From positions 1 to 64,000 of the IMG/VR virus record IMGVR_UViG_3300031963_000016: DNA of 64,000 bases. One strand, written 5' to 3'. The number at the start of each line of letters is the position of its first letter. The first letter of the stretch is position 1. This document shows positions 44,660 to 53,377 of the stretch, piece by piece. The notes under the pieces were generated by a model, which searched no databases, was not told the DNA's origin, and worked only from the letters and a program-made list of their open reading frames with translations. The stretch is from a virus. Both the position numbers and the translations under genes were made by a program.

Positions 44660-44908
44660 ATGCCTACATATTCATTTCGAGATAAACAAACAGGTGTTGT
44701 ATTTGAGAGATTTCTATCTTTTTCAGGTAGAGAAGAATATTTACAACAAAATCCACACTTAGAGCAGATTCACACTGCTGCGCCAGCGTTTACTGGCGAT
44801 CACATAGATGGTGTCAAGAAATACGACACAGGATTTAAGGAGGTGCTACAGAGAATACACGAAAAAACTCCAGGAAGCCAACTAAACAAATCATCATCAC
44901 AACTATAA
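44660..44908 (+). CDS. FmdB-like small protein
   Basis: MPTYSF...YLQQNPHLEQ...GFKEVLQRIH..TPGS. Confidence 0.7.
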   Translation: MPTYSFRDKQTGVVFERFLSFSGREEYLQQNPHLEQIHTAAPAFTGDHIDGVKKYDTGFKEVLQRIHEKTPGSQLNKSSSQL

Positions 44909-44921
44909 TTAAGGAGTCCTC

Positions 44922-45698
44922 ATGGCTCGTAAAACAAACGCTGCACTAGCAGTTGTTGAAAATAATGAATCTCGTGAGCCTAGAAAAGTTAACAATCAAC
45001 TGAAGTTAAGATTAGATGATTTAAAAACTTTTGAACCACTAACTGATAATCAGAAAAAGTTTTTTGATGCTTATAAAAGAGGAGATTATTTCGTAGCATT
45101 ACATGGAGTAGCAGGAACAGGTAAAACATTTATTGCTTTGTATAAAGCAATAGAAGAAGTCATGGATAAAAGCAATCCATTTAATAAAATAATTGTTGTT
45201 CGTTCTGCAGTACAGTCGAGAGAGATCGGTCATCTTCCAGGAGATGTTGGGGAGAAGATGGAAATTTATCAGCAACCATATCGTCAGATTTGCGAAACAC
45301 TGTTTGGTCGTAAAGATGCATGGGATCGTTTAGAGGAGCAACATCATATTGAATTTATTTCAACGTCGTTTATTAGGGGTATGTCTTTTGACGACGCTAT
45401 TATTATTGTAGATGAAATGCAAAATATGAATTTTGAAGAGATTGACACTGTTATGACACGTGTTGGTTATCGTTCAAAAATCATTTGGTGTGGCGATTAT
45501 CGTCAGACCGATTTAAGGAAAAATAATGACAAGTCTGGTTTGTTGAAATTTTTTGATATTGCTCAGCATATGGGCGCATTTACGAGAATTGAGTTTACCC
45601 CAGACGATATCGTGAGAAGCAGTTTAGTTAAAGATTACATCTTGGCTAAATTAAAATACGAAGATATCATAGAAGGAAAACCAAATGCTAACAGCTGA
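44922..45698 (+). CDS. phoH: PhoH-like ATPase
   Basis: GVAGTGKT, IGHLPG, FIRGMSF, IVDEMQN, CGDYRQTD. Confidence 0.95.
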   Translation: MARKTNAALAVVENNESREPRKVNNQLKLRLDDLKTFEPLTDNQKKFFDAYKRGDYFVALHGVAGTGKTFIALYKAIEEVMDKSNPFNKIIVVRSAVQSREIGHLPGDVGEKMEIYQQPYRQICETLFGRKDAWDRLEEQHHIEFISTSFIRGMSFDDAIIIVDEMQNMNFEEIDTVMTRVGYRSKIIWCGDYRQTDLRKNNDKSGLLKFFDIAQHMGAFTRIEFTPDDIVRSSLVKDYILAKLKYEDIIEGKPNANS

Positions 45699-46308
45699 AC
45701 AATTTGCTCATCTATTTCCAAGAGCACAAGATCCACAAGGGTGGGTCAATTCAATGAATAATGTATTCCCAACATACGAAATTAATACACCCAATCGTAT
45801 TGCTGCATTCCTGGCACAATGCGGACATGAATCTGGTGGTTGGACAGTATTTGAAGAAAATTTAAACTATTCAGCAAAGGGATTGATGGGTATTTTTAGA
45901 AAGTATTTCCCAACAGAAGATCTAGCGAATGCTTATGCACGACAGCCTATGAAAATTGCCAATCGTGTTTATGCAAATCGTATGGGCAATGGTCCAGAGG
46001 AATCTGGCGACGGATGGTTATATCGTGGTCGTGGACCAATCCAGTTGACTGGAAAAGATAACTATCGTGCATTTGCAAAAGAAATGTTTGAAGATTGGGA
46101 AAATCTTTTTAATAATCCTGATTGGGTAAATGCAGATCGTGAGTTTGCTCTTATGTCTGCTATCTGGTTCTGGAATAAAAATAAATTAAATCGTGAAGCA
46201 GATGCTGGCGATATAAAAACGATGACTCGTAAAATCAATGGTGGTTTTATTGGTCTTGAAGATAGAATTAAACACTACAATGAGGCAATACATTTGCTAC
46301 ACGGATAA
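45685..46308 (+). CDS. GH19 chitinase-like endolysin
   Basis: AAFLAQCGHES, EENLNYS, YRGRGPIQLTG, TRKINGG..GLEDR. Confidence 0.92.
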   Translation: MLTAEQFAHLFPRAQDPQGWVNSMNNVFPTYEINTPNRIAAFLAQCGHESGGWTVFEENLNYSAKGLMGIFRKYFPTEDLANAYARQPMKIANRVYANRMGNGPEESGDGWLYRGRGPIQLTGKDNYRAFAKEMFEDWENLFNNPDWVNADREFALMSAIWFWNKNKLNREADAGDIKTMTRKINGGFIGLEDRIKHYNEAIHLLHG

Positions 46309-46961
46309 TGAAAACATTTATACATCATGATTTACCCAAACTTGAACGTGATACAAAACCCGATGGAACTCGTTTATACAAAACGCCATCGGGTTTGTCC
46401 TATCCAAGCGTCACAACGATTACAGGATTGCTTAACAAGAAAGCAATTTTTGAGTGGCGAAAAAGAGTCGGAGAAGAAGAAGCAAACCGAGTATCATCAA
46501 GAGCATCAAGCAGAGGAACGAAAGTTCACCAACTCTGTGAAGACTATCTCCGTGGAAAACTTAATGAACCAGATATCTTTCATAAAGAAATGTTCGATTC
46601 AATTCGACCACTACTCGACCAAATCGACAACATTCACTGCTTGGAAGATCCACTCTATTCTGACCATCTACAAGTCGCTGGAACAGTTGACTGTATTGCA
46701 GAGTTCCAAGGTAAACTTAGTGTTATAGATTTTAAGACTTCTTCTCGTCCTAAAAGTAGAGATGACATTCACAATTATTTTATGCAAACATCAGCATATG
46801 CAGTCGCCTTTGAGGAACGAACAGGAATTCCTGTAGGACGTATGGTAATTATCATGGCTGTTGAAAATGATGATCCACGTTGGTTTATCGAGAAACGAGA
46901 TAACTGGGTTGCAGGATTTAAAAAACTTAGACTTGACTACAAGCATAAGTATAATGTATAA
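46308..46961 (+). CDS. PD-(D/E)xK exonuclease (Cas4-like fold)
   Basis: YPSVTT, RGTKVH, AGTVDCIA, IDFKTS, QTSAYA. Confidence 0.88.
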   Translation: MKTFIHHDLPKLERDTKPDGTRLYKTPSGLSYPSVTTITGLLNKKAIFEWRKRVGEEEANRVSSRASSRGTKVHQLCEDYLRGKLNEPDIFHKEMFDSIRPLLDQIDNIHCLEDPLYSDHLQVAGTVDCIAEFQGKLSVIDFKTSSRPKSRDDIHNYFMQTSAYAVAFEERTGIPVGRMVIIMAVENDDPRWFIEKRDNWVAGFKKLRLDYKHKYNV

Positions 46962-46962
46962 T
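46933..46962 (+). promoter_or_regulatory. Sigma70-type promoter for tmRNA
   Basis: TTGACT-18-TATAAT. Confidence 0.6.
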
Positions 46963-46963
46963 A

Positions 46964-47280
46964 GAGGAATTGCTGTATGAAGCGATGAGAAAGGTGTTCT
47001 GGACGAGGGTTCGATTCCCTCCACCTCCACCAGAAGCATACTAGGACTGGCGTAAGCCATCGTGGGTATAGTTCCTTCCGAGCCACGGATTTAAGTATGC
47101 TTCTGATGGGGGTGACTAGGTTTCGACAGGGCAAGTAGTAACAAAGTGGACAGCACGACAGGCGATCGTCGTAAATGAAGCAAATAAAGTAAACGCAAAT
47201 GATGAGGTTTACGCACTAGCTGCCTAATTAAAAGGTAAGCAGGAGTTTCGGTGGGTTTCTTGGCAACAGAATAACCCACC
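46964..47280 (+). ncRNA. ssrA: Circularly permuted two-piece tmRNA; tag ANDEVYALAA
   Basis: Acceptor piece ending TTCGATTCCCTCCACCTCCACCA (47032), 75-nt spacer, coding piece starting GGGGGTG (47108) with G3:U70, tag 47195-47227. Confidence 0.93.
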
Positions 47281-47295
47281 ACTTATGGAGACACA

Positions 47296-48165
47296 ATGGA
47301 AAAATTTTATGTAGATGATTGTCCAAAAGAATTACCAGTAGCAGATTGGATTAAAAGTAAAATAAAATGGAGAGAAGCAACTAATGATGTCATTGCTTCA
47401 TCACCATCTGCAAAATATATGGACATGGTATTTGAATTCACAGGTGATCTGGATGGATTAAAAAAATCTGTGAGTGATGCATTAAGTACTTATGGTTTTT
47501 TTGGATGGAGAACATCAGTAGGTGATGAAAAGAATTATGGTGGATATTCTATAACTTATAATCCAAATCTACAATATGATGACCAGGATATTCATCAACA
47601 CACACTTGGTACTAAATTAAACGCACCAAGTGATTTCTATGCAGGATCGTCAGTAAATCACACGTATTTAAAAAATAGTTATCTTGATGGCATGTCATTC
47701 ACAGAGTTTACTCCAGCAGCAAAGATTGGCTACATGGGAAAATTATTAGAAGATATAAACAGTAGAATTACAATCACAAGAAGCAGATTAGGAATAGTTA
47801 AAGGATCTGAAGTCTCAGATGAAAATAGATATCATATAGATTCAGAAGTGTTTGAATTATGTAGATTGAATATTCCTATTATTGCAAATGAATGTTTTGC
47901 TTTTCAATTTCAAGGTAGATTACCATATGTTTTAGAAGAAGGAAGAGCATATACTTGGCAAACAGAATTACCCCATAGAGTTTATTGTCATAAGAAAACT
48001 AGTCTTGACAGAGCAAATATGGTGATAGGATTATCTCCTTGGTTAAGTTACGATAAACAAGAGAGATATTGGTACGCTAATGAGTTTTATGGAAAGAAAC
48101 ACCCATTTGATATGATTATAGATGGAGATGTTACTGATAAAATAAAATTTTTAGGTGCCAGATAA
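47296..48165 (+). CDS. Hypothetical protein, possible 2OG-Fe(II)/cupin oxygenase
   Basis: YHID...RLNIPI...PHRV pattern resembles AspH-like proteins. Confidence 0.6.
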   Translation: MEKFYVDDCPKELPVADWIKSKIKWREATNDVIASSPSAKYMDMVFEFTGDLDGLKKSVSDALSTYGFFGWRTSVGDEKNYGGYSITYNPNLQYDDQDIHQHTLGTKLNAPSDFYAGSSVNHTYLKNSYLDGMSFTEFTPAAKIGYMGKLLEDINSRITITRSRLGIVKGSEVSDENRYHIDSEVFELCRLNIPIIANECFAFQFQGRLPYVLEEGRAYTWQTELPHRVYCHKKTSLDRANMVIGLSPWLSYDKQERYWYANEFYGKKHPFDMIIDGDVTDKIKFLGAR

Positions 48166-48280
48166 TGTTAGTGAGTCTTTGCTACACGACAGCAACCGAT
48201 ACCCAATGGTATCTTGTACTGTAATGATAGTGACGAGCTGATAATAGATGTTTAACAATTTCATTAAAAGGAAAAAATAA

Positions 48281-48448
48281 ATGAAAGCATTAATTACAGC
48301 AGTTATGATGACATTTGCATCAATTTCTTTTGCAGCCGATGCTAAAAAAGAAGCACCTAAAAAAGATGCTCCTAAAGCAGAAGTTAAGAAAGATGCTCCA
48401 AAGGCAGAAGTTAAGAAAGATGACAAGAAGCCAGCAGAGAAAAAGTAA
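48281..48448 (+). CDS. Small secreted Lys/Ala/Pro repeat peptide (not in ORF track)
   Basis: MKALITAVMMTFASISFA-ADAKKEAPKKDAPKAEVKKDAPKAEVKKDDKKPAEKK; AAGGA RBS. Confidence 0.75.
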   Translation: MKALITAVMMTFASISFAADAKKEAPKKDAPKAEVKKDAPKAEVKKDDKKPAEKK

Positions 48449-48453
48449 TTGAT

Positions 48454-48479
48454 TATTAGTGGGGTTCGCCCCACTAATA
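48454..48479. terminator. UUCG-capped hairpin (terminator-like)
   Basis: TATTAGTGGGG-TTCG-CCCCACTAATA perfect 11-bp stem. Confidence 0.7.
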
Positions 48480-48488
48480 TTTTCATCT

Positions 48489-49036
48489 TTATGGATTTAA
48501 TAAAGCAATATAAAGAAATGCATAAAGATGAAAATCTTTATGAAGGATCATCTTTAAATATACACAAAGATAATATTCGTCAGTATTTAATTGGTTGTGA
48601 AAGTATTTTAGATTATGGATGTGGTAAAGCGATACAATATTATAAAGAAAAAACTCACGAAACACATTTCTTTGGTATAATGCCATCTCTTTATGACCCA
48701 GCAGTTGAACAATATTCAGTATTACCCGAAGGAACTTTTGATGCTGTTATATGCACAGATGTTCTAGAACATATTGAAGAACAACATGTTGGTAGTATTA
48801 TAAAAGAAATATATTCTAAGGCAAACAAATTCGTTTATCTTGGTATATGTAATATACCAGCAAATTCGTTTCTGCCAGATGGTAGAAATGCACATGTAAC
48901 ACTAAAAGATTTAAAATGGTGGGTAGAGCAAACATTGCCTTATGCAAATATTAAAACCTTAATGTATGTATATGGTAAAGGCAATGGAAAAGCCATTTTA
49001 GATAACTATGAAATTAATATGTTCAAAGACAGATGA
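48489..49036 (+). CDS. Class I SAM-dependent methyltransferase-like protein
   Basis: ILDYGCGK, YDPAV, DAVICTDVLEHI. Confidence 0.85.
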
Positions 49037-49527
49037 GAACAGCATTACTTGGAAATGGAAATAGTAGGATTCTTTATGAACCTAATCCTAACAAATATGA
49101 CTATGTTATCGGGTGTAATATTCCCTGGACTACAGTTGATGCTACTGTTATAATGGATGTGAATGTATTAGAAAAGTTTGATACTTTATGGAAATGCTAT
49201 ATCAGTAGAAAAGCGTGGATTGAATGTCCAAATAAAATAAAAGATAAAATAGTTGGATGTGTAATAGGATTATTTGAAACTGTACCTGACTATGATTCTG
49301 CAGGTCACGCTGCTTGTAGAAAATTATTAGAGCTAGGTTCGACTGAAATAGATATATATGGATGTGATTCTTGGTTTACAAACAATACTGATAGTTACAC
49401 TCATCAGTGGATTGATAGTAGATCAATAGATATGAGTAAGAATGTAAGTGTTTGGCGTGCTAGATGGTATGATCTTATTGCTAAACACTCTAATGTTAAG
49501 TTTAATTTTATAGGAGAAACTAAATGA
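49033..49527 (+). CDS. Hypothetical protein (GT29/MptE-like fold possible)
   Basis: LLGNGNSR, IGCN, SAGH.A, IDIYGCD. Confidence 0.55.
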   Translation: MRTALLGNGNSRILYEPNPNKYDYVIGCNIPWTTVDATVIMDVNVLEKFDTLWKCYISRKAWIECPNKIKDKIVGCVIGLFETVPDYDSAGHAACRKLLELGSTEIDIYGCDSWFTNNTDSYTHQWIDSRSIDMSKNVSVWRARWYDLIAKHSNVKFNFIGETK

Positions 49528-49724
49528 AGTTACTACTCGGTTCATTAATTATGGCAGTTGCAATTACTGGATTTGCAGCAGAGCCAGCAAAGAAATCAGA
49601 TGCAAAACCAGTGGAAAACACTAATTGCGTAAAGAAAGATAAAGATGGTAAGTGTCCTCCACTACCAAAAGGTGATAAACCAACACCAAAAGCACCAGCC
49701 AAAAAGGAAGAAGCAAAGAAGTAA
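49524..49724 (+). CDS. Small secreted Lys/Pro-rich peptide with one Cys pair
   Basis: Signal peptide ending GFA; CVKKDKDGKC. Confidence 0.7.
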   Translation: MKLLLGSLIMAVAITGFAAEPAKKSDAKPVENTNCVKKDKDGKCPPLPKGDKPTPKAPAKKEEAKK

Positions 49725-49818
49725 TTCCTAAATAATATATCCAGAGATGGATCGTGGTTGGAGGCAACCACGTTAAAAACCTTCATTACACACAACTCAT
49801 AACACACAAGGAGTAAAC

Positions 49819-50097
49819 ATGAGTAACTTGACCCCGTTCGAGATTCGCCTAGAACTATTAAAAATGGCGAAAGATATGCTTAACGATGACTATTATGGTA
49901 AGCGTGAAGTAATCAGCAACGAGTGGCAGATGAAAATTGAATCTGCTAGACTCAATGGGGGTGCGATGCCTGAACATCCAGGATTCCCACCATATCCATC
50001 AGAAACAGAAATCATTGCTAAAGCACAAGTGCTAAATGGTTTTGTTTCAAATATTCCCACTAATACATTAGAAAAGACTAGCAAAAAGTCCACCTGA
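49819..50097 (+). CDS. Conserved small phage protein
   Basis: TPFEIRLELLKMAKDML...YPSETEIIAKAQVLNGFVS; AAGGAG RBS. Confidence 0.75.
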   Translation: MSNLTPFEIRLELLKMAKDMLNDDYYGKREVISNEWQMKIESARLNGGAMPEHPGFPPYPSETEIIAKAQVLNGFVSNIPTNTLEKTSKKST

Positions 50098-50157
50098 TAG
50101 GGATCGGGCAGAGGGATATTGCATTCCTCTGCCTCTAACTGAAATAAGGAGATCAAT

Positions 50158-50682
50158 ATGCGAATAAGAATCTATTCAATATTAATATTATTTTCAATAA
50201 GTTTTTCAATTATATTATATTCATATTTGTTTTTTAACGAGACAACAAAAGTTCTTAATATAGAACTGTCACAATTAACCAAAGACGCTAAGCAACAAGT
50301 TATTTGCTTGGCTGATAATATCTATCATGAAGCAGGATATGAACCTGAGAAGGGTAAGATTGCAGTTGCTCTTGTAACATTGAATAGAGTGCAAGATCCA
50401 CGATACCCAAAAGATATTTGCTCTGTAGTGAAACAAAAGGTAAACTATACATGTCAATTCACATGGTGGTGCGAAAATAAAATCACTAACAGAGAAAAAA
50501 TTGCATATGAAAAATCTAAAGAAGTTGCATTATATGTTTATGCAAATTATGAAAAAATAAAAGACTTCACAAATGGAGCATTGTTTTATCATGCTGATTA
50601 TGTTCGTCCGAATTGGAGAGGTTTAGAAAAAACCGCTGTAATAGGTAGACATATTTTTTATAAAGAGAAAGAAAAGTTATAA
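50158..50682 (+). CDS. SleB/Hydrolase_2 cell wall hydrolase
   Basis: CLADNIYHEA, AVALVTLNRV, CQFTW, ALFYHADYV, IGRHIFY; N-terminal TM anchor. Confidence 0.92.
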   Translation: MRIRIYSILILFSISFSIILYSYLFFNETTKVLNIELSQLTKDAKQQVICLADNIYHEAGYEPEKGKIAVALVTLNRVQDPRYPKDICSVVKQKVNYTCQFTWWCENKITNREKIAYEKSKEVALYVYANYEKIKDFTNGALFYHADYVRPNWRGLEKTAVIGRHIFYKEKEKL

Positions 50683-51242
50683 TGTTAAACAAATTGAACA
50701 TTCAACTTAAAGAATCGCCAGATGCACAGCATTCCTTCTTTTTGTTGATGGAAGAAATATCATTAACTTCTGCTAAGCAAGTTGTTGAATGGATTTTTGA
50801 AACGAACTTTCAAGAAGAAAGACCAGACTTGCTTAATCTTATAATCACATCTCCAGGTGGTGATCTTAACGCAGCATTTGCTATGATTGATGCGATGAGA
50901 GGTTCTGCTGTTCCAATTAGAACAATTGGATTGGGACAGATTGCTTCTGCAGGTCTTATGGTTTTTATTGCTGGAGAAAAGGGAAGTCGTATTCTAACAC
51001 CAAACACATCAATTCTAAGTCACCAGTATTCTTGGGGTGCTTTTGGTAAAGAACACGAATTATTCGCAACTGTCAAAGAGTTCGATTTAACCACAAAGAA
51101 AATGATTACACACTATAAAAAGTGTACTGGTCTTAATGAGAAAAGAATTAGAGATGTTCTTCTCCCACCTCAAGACATATGGTTAAGTCCTCAAGAGGCA
51201 AAAGATATGGGGCTATGCGATGCAATTAAAGAATTATCTTAA
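50682..51242 (+). CDS. clpP: ClpP-like protease subunit
   Basis: ITSPGG, GQIASAG (Ser), ILSHQ (His), DIWLSPQEAKDMGLCD. Confidence 0.88.
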   Translation: MLNKLNIQLKESPDAQHSFFLLMEEISLTSAKQVVEWIFETNFQEERPDLLNLIITSPGGDLNAAFAMIDAMRGSAVPIRTIGLGQIASAGLMVFIAGEKGSRILTPNTSILSHQYSWGAFGKEHELFATVKEFDLTTKKMITHYKKCTGLNEKRIRDVLLPPQDIWLSPQEAKDMGLCDAIKELS

Positions 51243-51402
51243 ATATTCTGGATTATGGATGGGATTTATTTTAAATCCTTATCATTGGGAATTTAAAGCA
51301 GTTAATATTAAACCTGATGATATGAATCCAAGAAATTATGGTTTTATGATTTCATTTGGACCAGTATGGGTTCGTGGAGTTGTAGATGATGGTGCTTGGT
51401 AA
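51220..51402 (+). CDS. Small hypothetical protein
   Basis: ORF in operon. Confidence 0.5.
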   Translation: MQLKNYLKYSGLWMGFILNPYHWEFKAVNIKPDDMNPRNYGFMISFGPVWVRGVVDDGAW

Positions 51403-51418
51403 ATTAAAGGAGTTTATA

Positions 51419-51649
51419 ATGAATGATAAAGTTTTTACTATTTCAGTTTTAATCGCAGTAGTGACATTTATTATTTCAGTCACTTTTTATCAATATAGTG
51501 AATTGAAGTCTGTTGAAAAAAATGTAGAGTCAGCAATTGTTAAAGGAATCGATCCTGTAGCTGTTCGTTGTGCTTATGCAAATGAACGAGATGTTGTATG
51601 TATAGCGTATGGCGCATCTCACCCAGCGACTCCAGTAAAAAGTAAGTGA
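51419..51649 (+). CDS. Small membrane-anchored protein
   Basis: AAGGAG RBS; TM; GIDPVAVRCAY. Confidence 0.65.
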   Translation: MNDKVFTISVLIAVVTFIISVTFYQYSELKSVEKNVESAIVKGIDPVAVRCAYANERDVVCIAYGASHPATPVKSK

Positions 51650-51661
51650 ATACTAACTTAA

Positions 51662-51721
51662 ATCCCCTCTAGGATACAGGGATTCTAGGGGGTTGTCTTT
51701 TATTCAGGATTGATGTATAAT
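51662..51721 (+). promoter_or_regulatory. Stem-loop plus sigma70 early promoter cassette
   Basis: CCCCTCTAG/CTAGGGGG hairpin abutting TTGTCT(51693)-17-TATAAT(51716). Confidence 0.8.
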
Positions 51722-51754
51722 AACTCTGTTATCGTTGAAATGGAGTCTTAAATT

Positions 51755-52450
51755 ATGAGTCTGCTTACAGTTGGAAACCCAAAGTTGTTGAAGGGTCAGA
51801 AGAAAGGTTATCTGTCTTCAGTACTGCACCTCGCACCTGCAAACTTGTCAGGTAAAGAAGTGTGCCCTAAGAGAACAGTTGGTTGCACTGCTGCTTGTTT
51901 GAACACTGCTGGTCGTGGTGGCATCTTCAAGAAAGGTGAGACAACGAATGTGATTCAGCAAGCACGTATTCGCAAGACTAAAGCATTCTTCGAAAATCGT
52001 CAAGCATTTCTTCTTGAGTTGTTTGTTGAAATTCGTAAGACTATCAAGAAAGCAGAGAAACAAGGATTGATTCCTGTCTTTCGTCTTAATGGCACTTCTG
52101 ATCTCTCATGGGAGAAGTATGAAGTGCAAGACAATAAGAACATCTTTCAGATGTTTCCTAATGTGCAGTTCTATGACTATACCAAAGTGAACAATCGTAA
52201 AGTGAAACATATCCCTAACTACCACCTGACTTTCTCTAAAGCAGATGGCAACGACATGGATGTTCGCATTGCATTGTCAAATGGTATGAATGTTGCAGCT
52301 GTATTTCACAAAGTACCCGAAACATATCTTGGTCGTCCAGTCATCAATGGTGACGAAACTGATCTTCGTTTCTTGGATTCAAAGGGTGTGATTGTTGGTT
52401 TGAAAGCCAAAGGTAAGGCTAAGAAAGACACCACTGGCTTTGTTATTTAA
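51755..52450 (+). CDS. GP88-family protein (radical-SAM-like Cys cluster)
   Basis: VCP..TVGCTAACLNTAGRGG, FRLNGTSD, FYDYTK, YHLTFS, DETDLRFLD. Confidence 0.75.
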   Translation: MSLLTVGNPKLLKGQKKGYLSSVLHLAPANLSGKEVCPKRTVGCTAACLNTAGRGGIFKKGETTNVIQQARIRKTKAFFENRQAFLLELFVEIRKTIKKAEKQGLIPVFRLNGTSDLSWEKYEVQDNKNIFQMFPNVQFYDYTKVNNRKVKHIPNYHLTFSKADGNDMDVRIALSNGMNVAAVFHKVPETYLGRPVINGDETDLRFLDSKGVIVGLKAKGKAKKDTTGFVI

Positions 52451-52451
52451 C

Positions 52452-52480
52452 TTGTCTTGCAATTTTTACTGGAGTATAAT
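52452..52480 (+). promoter_or_regulatory. Sigma70-type promoter
   Basis: TTGTCT-17-TATAAT. Confidence 0.7.
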
Positions 52481-52486
52481 TATATC

Positions 52487-52825
52487 ATGATTGTATACGC
52501 AAGTCTTGGAAAATCTAAGAAAAGAAAACCTAATGCAAAGCAGCGAGAGTTGCAAGCAGACTGGGAAAACCTTCTTCAAAAATATGCTCCGAAGAAACCG
52601 ATCAAACATCAATCGGGTGACTGGGCATATTCTCTTGGGAAACCTGCTCGTCGGGAGACGCCTAACATCCCAAGTTTACCATTTACAGCAGGTGTTTGTG
52701 CAAAGAAAGAATCTCATGTCTATACTGGAACTGCTATGAAAGGTATTGGTACTTTGCATAAGTCTAACGCTATACCTATCTTCACAGATGAGGAAGCAGT
52801 TGATATTGCAAAGATGAGAAGGTGA
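52487..52825 (+). CDS. Conserved phage hypothetical protein
   Basis: VYTGTAMKGIGTLHKSNAIPIF...AVDIAKMRR. Confidence 0.75.
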   Translation: MIVYASLGKSKKRKPNAKQRELQADWENLLQKYAPKKPIKHQSGDWAYSLGKPARRETPNIPSLPFTAGVCAKKESHVYTGTAMKGIGTLHKSNAIPIFTDEEAVDIAKMRR

Positions 52826-52887
52826 TAAATAAACAATGCAATATAATGGACTGTTGAATCTAAAACAAAACACAAGGACTTAACGTA

Positions 52888-53130
52888 ATGGGCAAAAGAT
52901 CTTCTATTAACAGATATAACGAACTTATCGCAATCAAAATGCGACTAGATAAGTTTTTCACAATGTTTCTGGATACTTATGGAGACAAGATGGATCCAGA
53001 TAATGCAGAGACTCCTATTTGGAAATTATATAAAGCCAAACTAAATGAATATGAAGAAGTGAGTAAGGAAATCAAGGCACTTGAGTATTGGATGAAAAAG
53101 AAGGATGTCAAACTTGATGAGGAAGACTAA
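52888..53130 (+). CDS. Hypothetical protein
   Basis: AAGGA RBS; preceded by GATAAATA. Confidence 0.65.
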   Translation: MGKRSSINRYNELIAIKMRLDKFFTMFLDTYGDKMDPDNAETPIWKLYKAKLNEYEEVSKEIKALEYWMKKKDVKLDEED

Positions 53131-53345
53131 TGTTTAAAACTGCCAATGAGTTTTCTCTTCATATTGAACAATTAGTTGCCTCAAAAAAGTTTTCATATAT
53201 GGATGCAGTATTAGAGTATTGTCGAGAAAATTATCTCGAACCTGAAGATATTGCATCATTGATTAATAAGTCTTTAAAAGATAAAATTGAAATGAATTTT
53301 CGTGAGTTGAATTATCTCCCAAAACAAGCACAACTTGATATCTAA
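53130..53345 (+). CDS. 33: Late-promoter transcription coactivator gp33
   Basis: FSLHIE, SYMDAVLEYC, LINKSLKDKIE, LNYLPK; precedes gene 59. Confidence 0.85.
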   Translation: MFKTANEFSLHIEQLVASKKFSYMDAVLEYCRENYLEPEDIASLINKSLKDKIEMNFRELNYLPKQAQLDI

Positions 53346-53377
53346 GTTAGATATAATTTTAGTTATGAGATTTTACC

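Noticed and set aside
46791-47282. Minus-strand ORFs such as MLLVEVEGIEPSS
   Set aside because: Antisense readings of the tmRNA T-arm and acceptor stem.
48166-48270. Two small hairpins (TTGCT/AGCAA, GATACC/GGTATC) in an intergenic gap
   Set aside because: Short stems are expected by chance and no known motif is recognised.
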